45,484 nt of DNA. Source: an uncultured Lachnospiraceae bacterium (GTDB lineage: Bacteria > Bacillota > Clostridia > Lachnospirales > Lachnospiraceae). Shown here piece by piece: positions 8,513 to 16,893 of this stretch. The DNA lies in assembly GCA_964488415.1 (NCBI GenBank), contig CAZAUP010000001.1, positions 1-45,484 on the forward strand, in the 5' to 3' direction. The notes under the pieces were generated by a model, which was not told the DNA's origin, did no database searches, and saw only the letters and a program-made list of their open reading frames with translations. Every line of letters begins with the position of its first letter. Position 1 is the stretch's first letter. The position numbers and the translations under genes were made by a program.

Positions 8513-10072
8513 ATGAAGCGGAAATTAGTATTGGTAATGATGTGTGTGACACTTTGCCTTGCAGGCTGCGGGGAAGCGGAAGTTTCCGATGCGAAGCCGA
8601 CGGCATCCGTAAGGGAGGAGACTGCGAACACACCGGAAGCTGAGCCGACCGAAGCCGGAAAGCCTACAAAGCGTCCGGAGGGAGCGGGAAGTCCGCAGCT
8701 GTTGTCGGGGCAGTTAAAGCTTATGAAGGAACAATACAGCGATTTGGGTGATTATCAAAACGGTACAACGCTGCAGGCGGTATTTGATAAGGCAGATGCG
8801 CTGATTGCGAGAGGAGAGACGGAAATCGTTTCCCAGCAGGAATATAACGATATGCTGCAGGAGCTTCGGAGCACCGTTGCAGGCTTGTTAAACAGTGACG
8901 GATTGCCGGAGCCGTCTAAGTTTACGGAGGCAATCGGGATGCCGGATCCATATACGTTTTTGGACGGCACGAGGGTGACCACCGAGGAGGAGTTTGATAA
9001 GCGTCTGGAAGAGATTAAGAATATGTACGAGTACTATGTGTACGGACCGATGCCGGATGCTTCGGAAGAAGAGGTGACCTACACCATTACCGGAAATATT
9101 ATGCGCGTAACGGTAAACTGTAACGGAAGAAGTGCATCCTATAATGTTAGCTTGTCCCTGCCGACGAAGCAGGTATACGAAGAGGCACCGGTGCTGTTTG
9201 TATTCGGCGGCATTTTCCAGAATGCTTATGCCAACGAGCGTGGCTACGCAGTACTGTCCATCAATCCGACTGATCTGGCAGCGGATATGCAGATGCGTGT
9301 GGGTGCGTTTTATGATGTTCACCCTTACGGTGCAAAATGGACTGAGCAGACCGGCGCATTGACTGCTTGGGGATGGGGTATTTCCAAGGCAATCGACGCA
9401 CTGGAAAACGGTGCGGCAAAGGAACTTGGTCTTAGCACCACAGACTTTTTATTGACAGGTGTGTCTCGATACGGAAAAGCAACGGCTGTTACCGGAGCGT
9501 TAGAGGAGCGTATTAAGATTACGGCTCCGTCCTGTTCGGGTGCGGGCGGTTTGGCACTGTTCCGTTATAAGGGTGAGGACAAGGTTTATGATTACACCGA
9601 AGTGGGCAGAGGAGATTCCTACAGGTTTGGCACCAATGAGCCGTTATCCAGCATTCGCGGAAGCAGTGAGGGACATTGGTTTAATGATAATTTTCAGACC
9701 TTCAGGGATGAAACCGTAATGCCGTTTGAGCAGTATATGCTGGCAGCGGCCTGTGGCTCCAACGACCGCTATTTGTTTATCTCCGGTTCCTATTGTGATG
9801 AGGACTGGGTAAACGCGCCTTCCATGTGGATGTGCTATCTGGCGGCAAAGGACCTTTACGATTTCATGGGAAACTCTGATCATTTGGCAATTTGTCTGCA
9901 TGAGACCGGACACATGGTAACGGATCAGGATTTGGTGTATCTGCTGGATTATGCAGATTATCATCTCTATGGGAAAAAGGTTGAGTCTGATTTGAACGAC
10001 TTAACCACCAGCTTGTACGCACTGCCGCAGAATTCCGATCCGGAGTTTGAGGCAATGCTGAATTTCAGGTAA
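8513..10072 (+). CDS. CE15 glucuronoyl esterase-like lipoprotein with a roughly 190-aa N-terminal extension
   Basis: Start at ATG 8513 (MKRKLVLVMMCVTLCLAGCGE lipobox). GVSRYGKAT resembles the CE15 nucleophile motif G-C-S-R-x-G. Sits immediately downstream of GH67 and uxuA. Confidence 0.7.
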   Translation: MKRKLVLVMMCVTLCLAGCGEAEVSDAKPTASVREETANTPEAEPTEAGKPTKRPEGAGSPQLLSGQLKLMKEQYSDLGDYQNGTTLQAVFDKADALIARGETEIVSQQEYNDMLQELRSTVAGLLNSDGLPEPSKFTEAIGMPDPYTFLDGTRVTTEEEFDKRLEEIKNMYEYYVYGPMPDASEEEVTYTITGNIMRVTVNCNGRSASYNVSLSLPTKQVYEEAPVLFVFGGIFQNAYANERGYAVLSINPTDLAADMQMRVGAFYDVHPYGAKWTEQTGALTAWGWGISKAIDALENGAAKELGLSTTDFLLTGVSRYGKATAVTGALEERIKITAPSCSGAGGLALFRYKGEDKVYDYTEVGRGDSYRFGTNEPLSSIRGSSEGHWFNDNFQTFRDETVMPFEQYMLAAACGSNDRYLFISGSYCDEDWVNAPSMWMCYLAAKDLYDFMGNSDHLAICLHETGHMVTDQDLVYLLDYADYHLYGKKVESDLNDLTTSLYALPQNSDPEFEAMLNFR

Positions 10073-10088
10073 AAAAAGTGGATTGGTT

Positions 10089-10119
10089 ATCAGGGCGATG
10101 CGCAGCGCATCGCCCTGAT
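10089..10119 (+). terminator. Perfect palindromic hairpin after the CE15 gene
   Basis: ATCAGGGCGATGCGC / GCGCATCGCCCTGAT. No strong downstream T-run. An A7 run precedes it. Confidence 0.5.
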
Positions 10120-10177
10120 TGCATTACAAAGGGTAGTGTCTTTGTTCATTTTGTTACATTGTACGAACTAAATTATA

Positions 10178-10206
10178 TTGCGGTTTTACAGAAAATATGC
10201 TACACT
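10178..10206 (+). promoter_or_regulatory. Possible promoter TTGCGG-17-TACACT for the GH43 gene
   Basis: Hexamers at 10178-10183 and 10201-10206 with a 17-nt spacer. Confidence 0.3.
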
Positions 10207-10275
10207 TTGAATAGACTGAATAGAGCAAATTCAGTAAAAACTGTAGATTAAATTTATGATAAGGAGTGAAAAAGT

Positions 10276-11808
10276 ATGGAGATTAAGAATCCGATTTTGC
10301 CTGGCTTTTATCCGGATCCGTCCATTTGTGCCGTGGGCGATAAGTTTTATCTTGTAAATTCCAGTTTTTGCTATTTTCCGGGTGTTCCGATTTTTGAAAG
10401 CACAGATTTGAAGCATTGGCATCAGATTGGTAATATTTTGGACCGCAATTCTCAGGTTCCGTGCGGAAAAGACGGTATGTCCCATGGTATTTTTGCACCG
10501 ACCATCCGTTACCATGAGGGTATCTATTACATGATTACGACGAATGTAAGCCATGGCGGTAATTTTATTGTAACAGCGACCGACCCGGCGGGACCGTGGT
10601 CCGAGCCGCATTATTTGGCTGGAGCTGAGGGGATTGATCCGAGCCTGTTCTTTGATGAGGACGGAAAGTGCTATTACATTGGTACGAGACCGAATCCGAA
10701 GGGCGTGGGACATAATGGTGACTGGTACATCTACATTCAGGAGCTGGATTTGGAGAATTGGTGTTTACTGGGAGACTATAAGCTTGTTTGGAACGGTGCC
10801 ATGCGGAAGGCAGAGTGGCCGGAGGGACCGCATCTTTACAAGAAGGACGGCTGGTACTATATTATGCACGCAGAAGGCGGCACAGGACCTGCGCATGCCA
10901 TTTGTATTGCAAGAAGTAAGGAAATTTATGGTCCATATGAGGGAAATCTTATGAATCCGGTACTGACGCACCGGCATCTGGGCAGGGATTATCCGGTTCG
11001 TTATGTTGGACATGCGGATTTGGTGACGGATACTGACGGTAACTGGTATGCGGTAATGCTTGCTTCCAGACCGTGTGAAGGGCATACAAACATGGGGCGT
11101 GAGACGTTTCTTGCAAAGGTGACCTGGGAAGACGGCTGGCCGGTATTTAACGCAGGTATCGGAAAGCTTGAGGATGTGGTAACCGTACCGTTTGAGGATA
11201 ACGGGGGCGAGCCTGTAACCAGCGGTGTGGATAAGAAGGGCATTCCGTTTTCCATGGTAATGCTTCGTAACCCGTCAGAGGATACGGTAGTAAGAGATGG
11301 CAGCGGCTATCGTTTCAAGCTGCTTCCGTATACCCTTGCAGAGTGCGAACCGGCGGCATATTTAGGGCTTCGTCAGACCTCGTACTGTTTTACGGCAAAG
11401 ACGACACTTTCATTTTTGCCGGAGCAGGACGGTGAGACGGCGGGGCTTGCACTATTCCAGAGTGAAGAAGCATTCCTTGCCATTGTATATGGTAAGGCTG
11501 ACGGAAAGACACAGGTGTGTGTTATGGAAAAGGCAAAGGATACCGGAGTACAAATAAAGAAAATGGAAGAAGTATTGGCGGAACAAATTACATTTAAAAT
11601 TACGCAAAGGAAACAGGAGGCTACCTTTTCTTATGATACAGGAGCCGGAGAAAAGGTACTGGCTCGCGGTATTTCTGCGAAGATTTTAAGTACCGAGTCC
11701 GCAGGCGGCTTTGTGGGCTGTACCATTGGTATGTTTGCAACCGCAAATGGCAAGAAAAGCAGTAACACGGCATACTTTAGCGGAATAGACTATAAGGTAG
11801 AGGAATAG
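10276..11808 (+). CDS. GH43 beta-xylosidase / alpha-L-arabinofuranosidase (XynB-like, with C-terminal beta-sandwich domain), cytoplasmic
   Basis: N-terminus NPILPGFYPDPSICAVGDKFYLVNSSF.YFPGVPIFESTDLKHW is the classic GH43 start. 510 aa. No signal peptide. Confidence 0.85.
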   Translation: MEIKNPILPGFYPDPSICAVGDKFYLVNSSFCYFPGVPIFESTDLKHWHQIGNILDRNSQVPCGKDGMSHGIFAPTIRYHEGIYYMITTNVSHGGNFIVTATDPAGPWSEPHYLAGAEGIDPSLFFDEDGKCYYIGTRPNPKGVGHNGDWYIYIQELDLENWCLLGDYKLVWNGAMRKAEWPEGPHLYKKDGWYYIMHAEGGTGPAHAICIARSKEIYGPYEGNLMNPVLTHRHLGRDYPVRYVGHADLVTDTDGNWYAVMLASRPCEGHTNMGRETFLAKVTWEDGWPVFNAGIGKLEDVVTVPFEDNGGEPVTSGVDKKGIPFSMVMLRNPSEDTVVRDGSGYRFKLLPYTLAECEPAAYLGLRQTSYCFTAKTTLSFLPEQDGETAGLALFQSEEAFLAIVYGKADGKTQVCVMEKAKDTGVQIKKMEEVLAEQITFKITQRKQEATFSYDTGAGEKVLARGISAKILSTESAGGFVGCTIGMFATANGKKSSNTAYFSGIDYKVEE

Positions 11809-11824
11809 TCTGCCGGAGTATGGG

Positions 11825-11840
11825 TTGTGATTTTGCACAA
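11825..11840. promoter_or_regulatory. 16-bp palindrome TTGTGATTTTGCACAA upstream of adhE (candidate operator)
   Basis: TTGTG-N6-CACAA perfect inverted repeat, about 60 nt upstream of the predicted adhE -35. Confidence 0.25.
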
Positions 11841-11897
11841 AGACAGATTTGATTTCCTGTGGAAATATACAAGTTTTTCTGATTTTCTATTTAGCTA

Positions 11898-11926
11898 TTG
11901 ACAATGGATATAAAATGTGTTAATTT
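11898..11926 (+). promoter_or_regulatory. Possible adhE promoter TTGACA-17-TAATTT (TGT precedes the -10)
   Basis: Consensus -35 at 11898-11903, -10-like hexamer at 11921-11926. An approximately 100-nt leader with nested hairpins follows (CAGGAGAA...TTCTCCTG). Confidence 0.45.
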
Positions 11927-12025
11927 TTTAACAGACAGGAGAAGAGCATAGGCGGGAGTGTCCGCAAGGGGACGCGGCTTTTCCGTTCTCCTGCATAAGC
12001 AATGTGTTGGAATAGGAGGTCATAT

Positions 12026-14644
12026 ATGAAAACGAAGAAGTATGAAGTGGTAGACAGCGTGCAGGCTTTGGAAGCAGCAATTGTAAGAGTCAGAGAGGCA
12101 CAGAAGAAGTTTGCCGAGTATACACAGGAGCAGGTAGATAAGATTTTCCTCGCAGCAGCAACCGCTGCGGATAAAGCAAGAATTCCGCTTGCGAAAATGG
12201 CAGTGGAAGAGACCGGTATGGGTGTTGTGGAGGATAAGGTAATCAAGAACCACTATGCATCCGAATACATCTATAACGCTTACAAGAACACCAAAACCTG
12301 TGGTGTCATTGAAGAGGATAAGGCATACGGCATCAAAAAGGTGGCGGAGCCGATTGGTGTGGTTGCAGCAGTTATTCCGACCACGAACCCGACCTCTACG
12401 GCGATTTTTAAAACCCTGATTTGTCTAAAGACGAGAAATGGTATCATTATCAGTCCGCATCCGCGTGCAAAGAGCTCCACCATTGAGGCGGCTAAGGTTG
12501 TGCTGGAGGCGGCTGTGGAAGCAGGTGCACCGGAAGGAATTATTTCCTGGATTGACGTTCCGTCTCTTGAGATGACGAATACGGTAATGAAGGAAGCAGA
12601 TATTATTCTTGCAACCGGTGGTCCTGGTATGGTTAAGGCTGCCTATTCCAGCGGCAAGCCGGCACTTGGTGTAGGTGCAGGTAATACGCCGGCAATTATT
12701 GATGACACTGCGGACATTCTTCTGGCAGTGAACTCCATTATTCATTCCAAGACCTTTGATAACGGTATGATTTGTGCTTCCGAGCAGTCTGTGATTGTTC
12801 ATAAGAATGTATATGCTGCAGTAAAGGAAGAGTTTGCAACCAGAGGCTGCTATTTCTTAAAGGCGGATGAGATTGAAAAGGTGCGTAAGACGATTATCAT
12901 CAACGGTGCGTTAAATGCGAAGATTGTAGGTCAGAAGGCTGCAAAAATTGCAGAGCTTGCAGGCGTGACCGTGCCGGAGGGAACCAAGATTTTAATCGGT
13001 GAGGTTGAGAGCGTAGAGCTGTCCGAGGAATTTGCACACGAGAAGCTTTCACCGGTGCTTGCCATGTATCAGGCAAAGGATATTCAGGATGCATTTGAGA
13101 AGGCAGAGCACTTAATCGCAGACGGCGGTTACGGACATACCTCCTCCATTTATCTTAATGCAGTTACCGAGAAGGAAAAGCTGGCAGAGTTTGCGGAGCG
13201 TATGAAGACCTGCCGTATTCTTGTAAATACCCCGTCCTCTCAGGGAGGTATCGGAGATCTTTATAACTTTAAGCTGGCACCGTCGTTAACCCTTGGCTGC
13301 GGTTCCTGGGGCGGCAACTCCGTATCCGAAAACGTAGGTGTAAAGCACCTGATTAACATTAAGACTGTAGCCGAGAGGAGAGAAAATATGCTTTGGTTCA
13401 GAGCACCGGAAAAGGTTTATATGAAGAAGGGATGTCTCCCGGTAGCACTTGATGAGTTAAAGAATGTGATGGGAAAGAAGAGAGCGTTTCTTGTAACGGA
13501 CAGCTTCCTGTACCAGAACGGCAATACAAAGCCGATTACGGATAAATTAGACGAAATGGGAATCCAGCATACAACCTTCTTTGATGTTGCGCCGGACCCA
13601 ACCCTTGCCTGTGCAAAGGCAGGAGCAGAGCAGATGAACTCCTTCAAGCCGGATGTCATTATTGCACTCGGTGGCGGTTCTGCCATGGACGCAGCAAAGA
13701 TTATGTGGGTTCTCTATGAGCATCCGGAAGCAGATTTCATGGATATGGCAATGCGCTTCGTGGATATCCGTAAGAGAATTTACACCTTCCCGAAGATGGG
13801 AGAGAAGGCATACTTTATCGCAATCCCGACCTCTGCAGGTACGGGCTCGGAGGTAACCCCGTTTGCGGTTATTACAGATGAGAAGAGCGGCGTAAAGTAC
13901 CCGCTTGCAGACTATGAGCTGCTTCCGGACATGGCAATTATCGATGCGGATTTCCACATGACCGCACCGAAGGGCTTAACCGCAGCTTCCGGTATTGATG
14001 CGGTGACACATGCACTGGAGGCATATGCTTCCGTGATGGCGACGGATTATACCGATGGTCTGGCACTGCGCGCATTAAAGATTATTTTCGAGTATCTGCC
14101 GAGAGCGTATGAGAACGGTCTGAAGGATGTAGAGGCGAGAGAGAAGATGGCAAATGCAGCAACGCTTGCCGGAATGGCATTTGCGAATGCATTCCTCGGA
14201 GTATGCCATTCCATGGCGCATAAGCTTGGTGCCTTCCACCATCTGCCGCACGGTGTAGCAAACGCACTGATGATAGATGAGGTGCTTCGATTCAATGCAG
14301 CAGAGACTCCGGCGAAGATGGGAACCTTCTCCCAGTATGACCACCCGCATACCCTGGCACGCTATGCAGAGGTTGCTGATTACCTTGGAATCAAGGGAAA
14401 GAGCGACAGCGAGAAGCTGGAGAATTTAATTAAGGCAATTGATGAGCTGAAGGCAAGAGTAGGAATTAAGTCCACCATTCAGGAGTATGTAGCGGATGAG
14501 AAGGATTTCCTTGCAAGACTGGATGAGATGACGGAGCAGGCATTTGACGACCAGTGTACCGGTGCAAATCCGAGATATCCGTTAATGAGCGAGATTAAGC
14601 AGATGTACCTGAACGCATACTACGGAAAGCACGAAACGGTGTAA
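12026..14644 (+). CDS. adhE: Bifunctional acetaldehyde-CoA / alcohol dehydrogenase
   Basis: 872 aa. N-terminal ALDH domain (Cys in FDNGMICASEQS) plus C-terminal iron-ADH domain (GGGSAMDAAK, His-rich HSMAHKLG...HLPHG). Start at ATG 12026 behind AGGAGG. Confidence 0.95.
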   Translation: MKTKKYEVVDSVQALEAAIVRVREAQKKFAEYTQEQVDKIFLAAATAADKARIPLAKMAVEETGMGVVEDKVIKNHYASEYIYNAYKNTKTCGVIEEDKAYGIKKVAEPIGVVAAVIPTTNPTSTAIFKTLICLKTRNGIIISPHPRAKSSTIEAAKVVLEAAVEAGAPEGIISWIDVPSLEMTNTVMKEADIILATGGPGMVKAAYSSGKPALGVGAGNTPAIIDDTADILLAVNSIIHSKTFDNGMICASEQSVIVHKNVYAAVKEEFATRGCYFLKADEIEKVRKTIIINGALNAKIVGQKAAKIAELAGVTVPEGTKILIGEVESVELSEEFAHEKLSPVLAMYQAKDIQDAFEKAEHLIADGGYGHTSSIYLNAVTEKEKLAEFAERMKTCRILVNTPSSQGGIGDLYNFKLAPSLTLGCGSWGGNSVSENVGVKHLINIKTVAERRENMLWFRAPEKVYMKKGCLPVALDELKNVMGKKRAFLVTDSFLYQNGNTKPITDKLDEMGIQHTTFFDVAPDPTLACAKAGAEQMNSFKPDVIIALGGGSAMDAAKIMWVLYEHPEADFMDMAMRFVDIRKRIYTFPKMGEKAYFIAIPTSAGTGSEVTPFAVITDEKSGVKYPLADYELLPDMAIIDADFHMTAPKGLTAASGIDAVTHALEAYASVMATDYTDGLALRALKIIFEYLPRAYENGLKDVEAREKMANAATLAGMAFANAFLGVCHSMAHKLGAFHHLPHGVANALMIDEVLRFNAAETPAKMGTFSQYDHPHTLARYAEVADYLGIKGKSDSEKLENLIKAIDELKARVGIKSTIQEYVADEKDFLARLDEMTEQAFDDQCTGANPRYPLMSEIKQMYLNAYYGKHETV

Positions 14645-14659
14645 AGGAGGGTAAACACA

Positions 14660-15412
14660 ATGAAACTGGATAAGACAATTGCAGTAAGAGCAGCAAAGAC
14701 CGTTTATCAGGACGGTGACCGGGTAATTAAGGTGTTTAATGAGGATTATTCCAAGGCGGATGTCTTAAACGAGGCACTGAATCAGGCGCGTGTAGAGGAG
14801 ACCGGACTTTGTATTCCAAAGGTTTTAGAGGTTACAAAGCTTGACGGTAAGTGGGCGATTGTATCTGAGTATATCAAGGGTAAAACGCTGGCACAGCTGA
14901 TGCAGGAAAATCCGGAGAAGAAGGAGGAGTATCTGAAGCAGTTCGTTGAGCTTCAGATGCAGGTGCATGAAAAGCGTGCACCGGGCCTTAATAAGCTAAA
15001 GGATAAGATGAATCGCAAGATTTCTGAGGCAGAGCTGGACGCTACCACCCGTTATGAGCTGCATACCCGTTTGGAGGGTATGCCAAAGCATAATAAGGTA
15101 TGCCACGGAGATTTTAATCCGTCTAATATCATCATTTCCGATACGGACGGCAAGGCGTACATCATTGACTGGGCCCATGCAACGCAGGGGAATGCTTCTG
15201 CAGATGCGGCAAGAACCTATCTGCTGTTCTGGCTGGCAGGAGATACTGAGGGTGCAAAGAAGTATATGGAGCTGTTCTGCAAAATGAGCGATACTGCAAG
15301 ACAGTATATCGAGCGCTGGCTTCCGATTGTAGCTGCTTCGCAGTCTGTGAAGGGTAAGCCGGAAGAAAGACAGCTTCTGCTTTCATGGACGAATGTAGTA
15401 GATTACGAATAG
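14660..15412 (+). CDS. APH/choline-kinase-like phosphotransferase family protein
   Basis: 250 aa. Catalytic-loop motif HGDFNPSNIII and metal-binding IIDW. Only 15 nt after the adhE stop, with its own AAGGAGG. Confidence 0.7.
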   Translation: MKLDKTIAVRAAKTVYQDGDRVIKVFNEDYSKADVLNEALNQARVEETGLCIPKVLEVTKLDGKWAIVSEYIKGKTLAQLMQENPEKKEEYLKQFVELQMQVHEKRAPGLNKLKDKMNRKISEAELDATTRYELHTRLEGMPKHNKVCHGDFNPSNIIISDTDGKAYIIDWAHATQGNASADAARTYLLFWLAGDTEGAKKYMELFCKMSDTARQYIERWLPIVAASQSVKGKPEERQLLLSWTNVVDYE

Positions 15413-15492
15413 AAGGGTTCAATGATAAGTATGGCTGCCGAAGTCATGGTTATTATTGGCTCCGTTGATTTGCCTCATCACAATCAGATTAT

Positions 15493-15530
15493 AAAAAATC
15501 GCTGAAGTCTTACGGCTTCAGCGATTTTTT
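15493..15530. terminator. Bidirectional rho-independent terminator between convergent genes
   Basis: ATCGCTGAAG (15498-15507) / CTTCAGCGAT (15516-15525), flanked by an A-run upstream and a T-run downstream. Confidence 0.8.
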
Positions 15531-15567
15531 CGTAGAGAGCTTTTTACAGCCTCTTGAATCTGTATTC

Positions 15568-16719
15568 TTATTCTACGGTAACGGTAACGTCATCAATGTA
15601 GAAGGATGCGGTATCAGTTGCCTCGAAGTAGAGAATGCCTGCTACCGTGGTATCCAAAACCGTGTAGGTGCCGGTGTATTCTACCCATTCACCCGGAGCA
15701 ACGGTTTCTTCCTCGGTGCAGCCTGCAATGGTTGCGTAGGTAGACTGGGTGCCGTCCTTTTCCTCTAAGGAAGCCTTGATGGCAATCGGAGCAGCCTCGT
15801 CGTGCTTTGCCTTGAAGCTTACGGAAATGTTCTTTCCAGCGAGGTCGTAAGCGGTGAAGTCTGCCTGTGCGCCATTCCAGTTGGCGGTACGACCGGTTAC
15901 ATACATAGCACCGTCTACAACGGACGGAGTAGCATCGCCTCTTGCACCGAATACGCCTGTGGTTCCATCAGAGAAGTCGGTGGTGAAATTCTCGAACGGA
16001 AGCTTTTCAGCCGGCTCGTAATCCGGATTCGGATCAACGGAGCTTGCCGGGTTGTAGGAAACAATAACATTGTCCAGATAGAAATCAGCCTTGGCATTGT
16101 CTGGGGACTCAAAGTTCAGGGATGGAGCAAGTGCGTTTGCATAGACCGGAATGATGCCCTCCAAATGGGTCCACTCGCCACTCGGAATCTCTTCGCTGAC
16201 ACGCTCCGGCCAGCCCTGAGAGCCGTCCGGCTTGTTTACCTGTAAGGTACAGGAAATGGTCATTGGTGCGCCGCTTTCCTGATATACATCAAAAGAAACG
16301 AAAACCTCCTTGCCGGTTACGTCGTGGGCGGTGTAGGTGGCATCTGTGAAGGAAAGGGAAACACCGTGCCAGGTATCACCACGGCTGGTAACCTGTACAC
16401 TGCCTTCACTGTCCTTGCCGAAGGTGTTAGCCCAGAATGCAACACCGCTGCCTCTGGAACCAAAGTATAAGGTGTCTCTCTTTTTTTCTGCGGCAATGTT
16501 GTGAATGATCACCGGCTCGCTGCTTGGTGCTTCCGTCGGGGTTGGCTCTAAGGTCGGCTCGGCAGTCGGCTCAATAGTCGGCTCAGCCGGTACGTCGGTA
16601 GCGGTCGGCTCCGGAGTAACAGACGGCTTATCGCCGCCCTGCTTGTTACATGCTGTCATGGAAAACAGCATAGCAGTCATAGCGGAAACAGCAAGTAAGC
16701 TTTTCCATGTCTTTTTCAT
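15568..16719 (-). CDS. Surface lipoprotein with a Pro/Thr/Glu linker and two tandem CBM_4_9 (CBM22-like) carbohydrate-binding modules, no catalytic domain
   Basis: Start at 16719 (MKKTWKSLLAVSAMTAMLFSMTAC lipobox, GGAGGG RBS). Two roughly 150-aa repeats end in FYLDNVIVSY and FYIDDVTVTV, with conserved W/G positions typical of xylanase-associated CBMs. Confidence 0.65.
   Translation of the reverse strand: MKKTWKSLLAVSAMTAMLFSMTACNKQGGDKPSVTPEPTATDVPAEPTIEPTAEPTLEPTPTEAPSSEPVIIHNIAAEKKRDTLYFGSRGSGVAFWANTFGKDSEGSVQVTSRGDTWHGVSLSFTDATYTAHDVTGKEVFVSFDVYQESGAPMTISCTLQVNKPDGSQGWPERVSEEIPSGEWTHLEGIIPVYANALAPSLNFESPDNAKADFYLDNVIVSYNPASSVDPNPDYEPAEKLPFENFTTDFSDGTTGVFGARGDATPSVVDGAMYVTGRTANWNGAQADFTAYDLAGKNISVSFKAKHDEAAPIAIKASLEEKDGTQSTYATIAGCTEEETVAPGEWVEYTGTYTVLDTTVAGILYFEATDTASFYIDDVTVTVE
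16541..16611 (-). repeat. Coding 12-nt-period tandem repeat (G/A)GTCGGCTC encoding an EPTx linker
   Basis: Five copies on the + strand between 16541 and 16611. Translates on the minus strand as PAEPTIEPTAEPTLEPTPTEAP. Confidence 0.85.
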
Positions 16720-16750
16720 TTTAATACCCTCCAAATATGTAAAATAAAGT

Positions 16751-16777
16751 GTCGAATCTGCGATATACAAATTCGAC
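16751..16777. promoter_or_regulatory. Inverted repeat GTCGAAT-N13-ATTCGAC at the predicted transcription start of the CBM lipoprotein gene
   Basis: Perfect 7-bp arms at 16751-16757 and 16771-16777, a few nt downstream (minus-strand sense) of the TATAAT box. Confidence 0.35.
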
Positions 16778-16780
16778 CTC

Positions 16781-16809
16781 ATTATATCATTTCAAATGGA
16801 AAAGGTCAA
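16781..16809 (-). promoter_or_regulatory. sigma-A promoter TTGACC-17-TATAAT (minus strand) for the CBM lipoprotein gene
   Basis: The reverse complement of 16804-16809 is TTGACC and of 16781-16786 is TATAAT. The spacer is 17 nt. Confidence 0.6.
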
Positions 16810-16893
16810 GAAAAAGCAGTGAAAACCAACAGGAAAGGCGGAAAAGGATGCAGCTGTGCAAAAAGGAGGAAGCTAATACGGCAAATCAGAGGT

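Noticed and set aside
7416-8633. 405-aa minus-strand ORF antisense to uxuA. Similar long antisense ORFs occur at 18421..19566, 30665..31312 and 6080..6688.
   Set aside because: The plus-strand frames give unmistakable family motifs (UxuA, SBP, GH67). The antisense products are Leu/Arg/Ser/Cys-rich, lack RBSs and have no recognisable motifs, so they are shadow ORFs.
11825-11840. Calling the adhE-upstream palindrome a Rex box outright.
   Set aside because: The half-sites resemble Rex (TTGTG / CACAA), but the site is 16 bp rather than the 18-bp TTGTGAA-N4-TTCACAA and lies well upstream of the predicted -35. It is kept only as a low-confidence candidate operator.
16541-16611. Short-period GTCGGCTC repeats that could suggest a CRISPR or other non-coding repeat array.
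   Set aside because: The 12-nt period lies inside the lipoprotein ORF and translates to an EPTx Pro/Thr/Glu linker. There are no spacers of CRISPR size.
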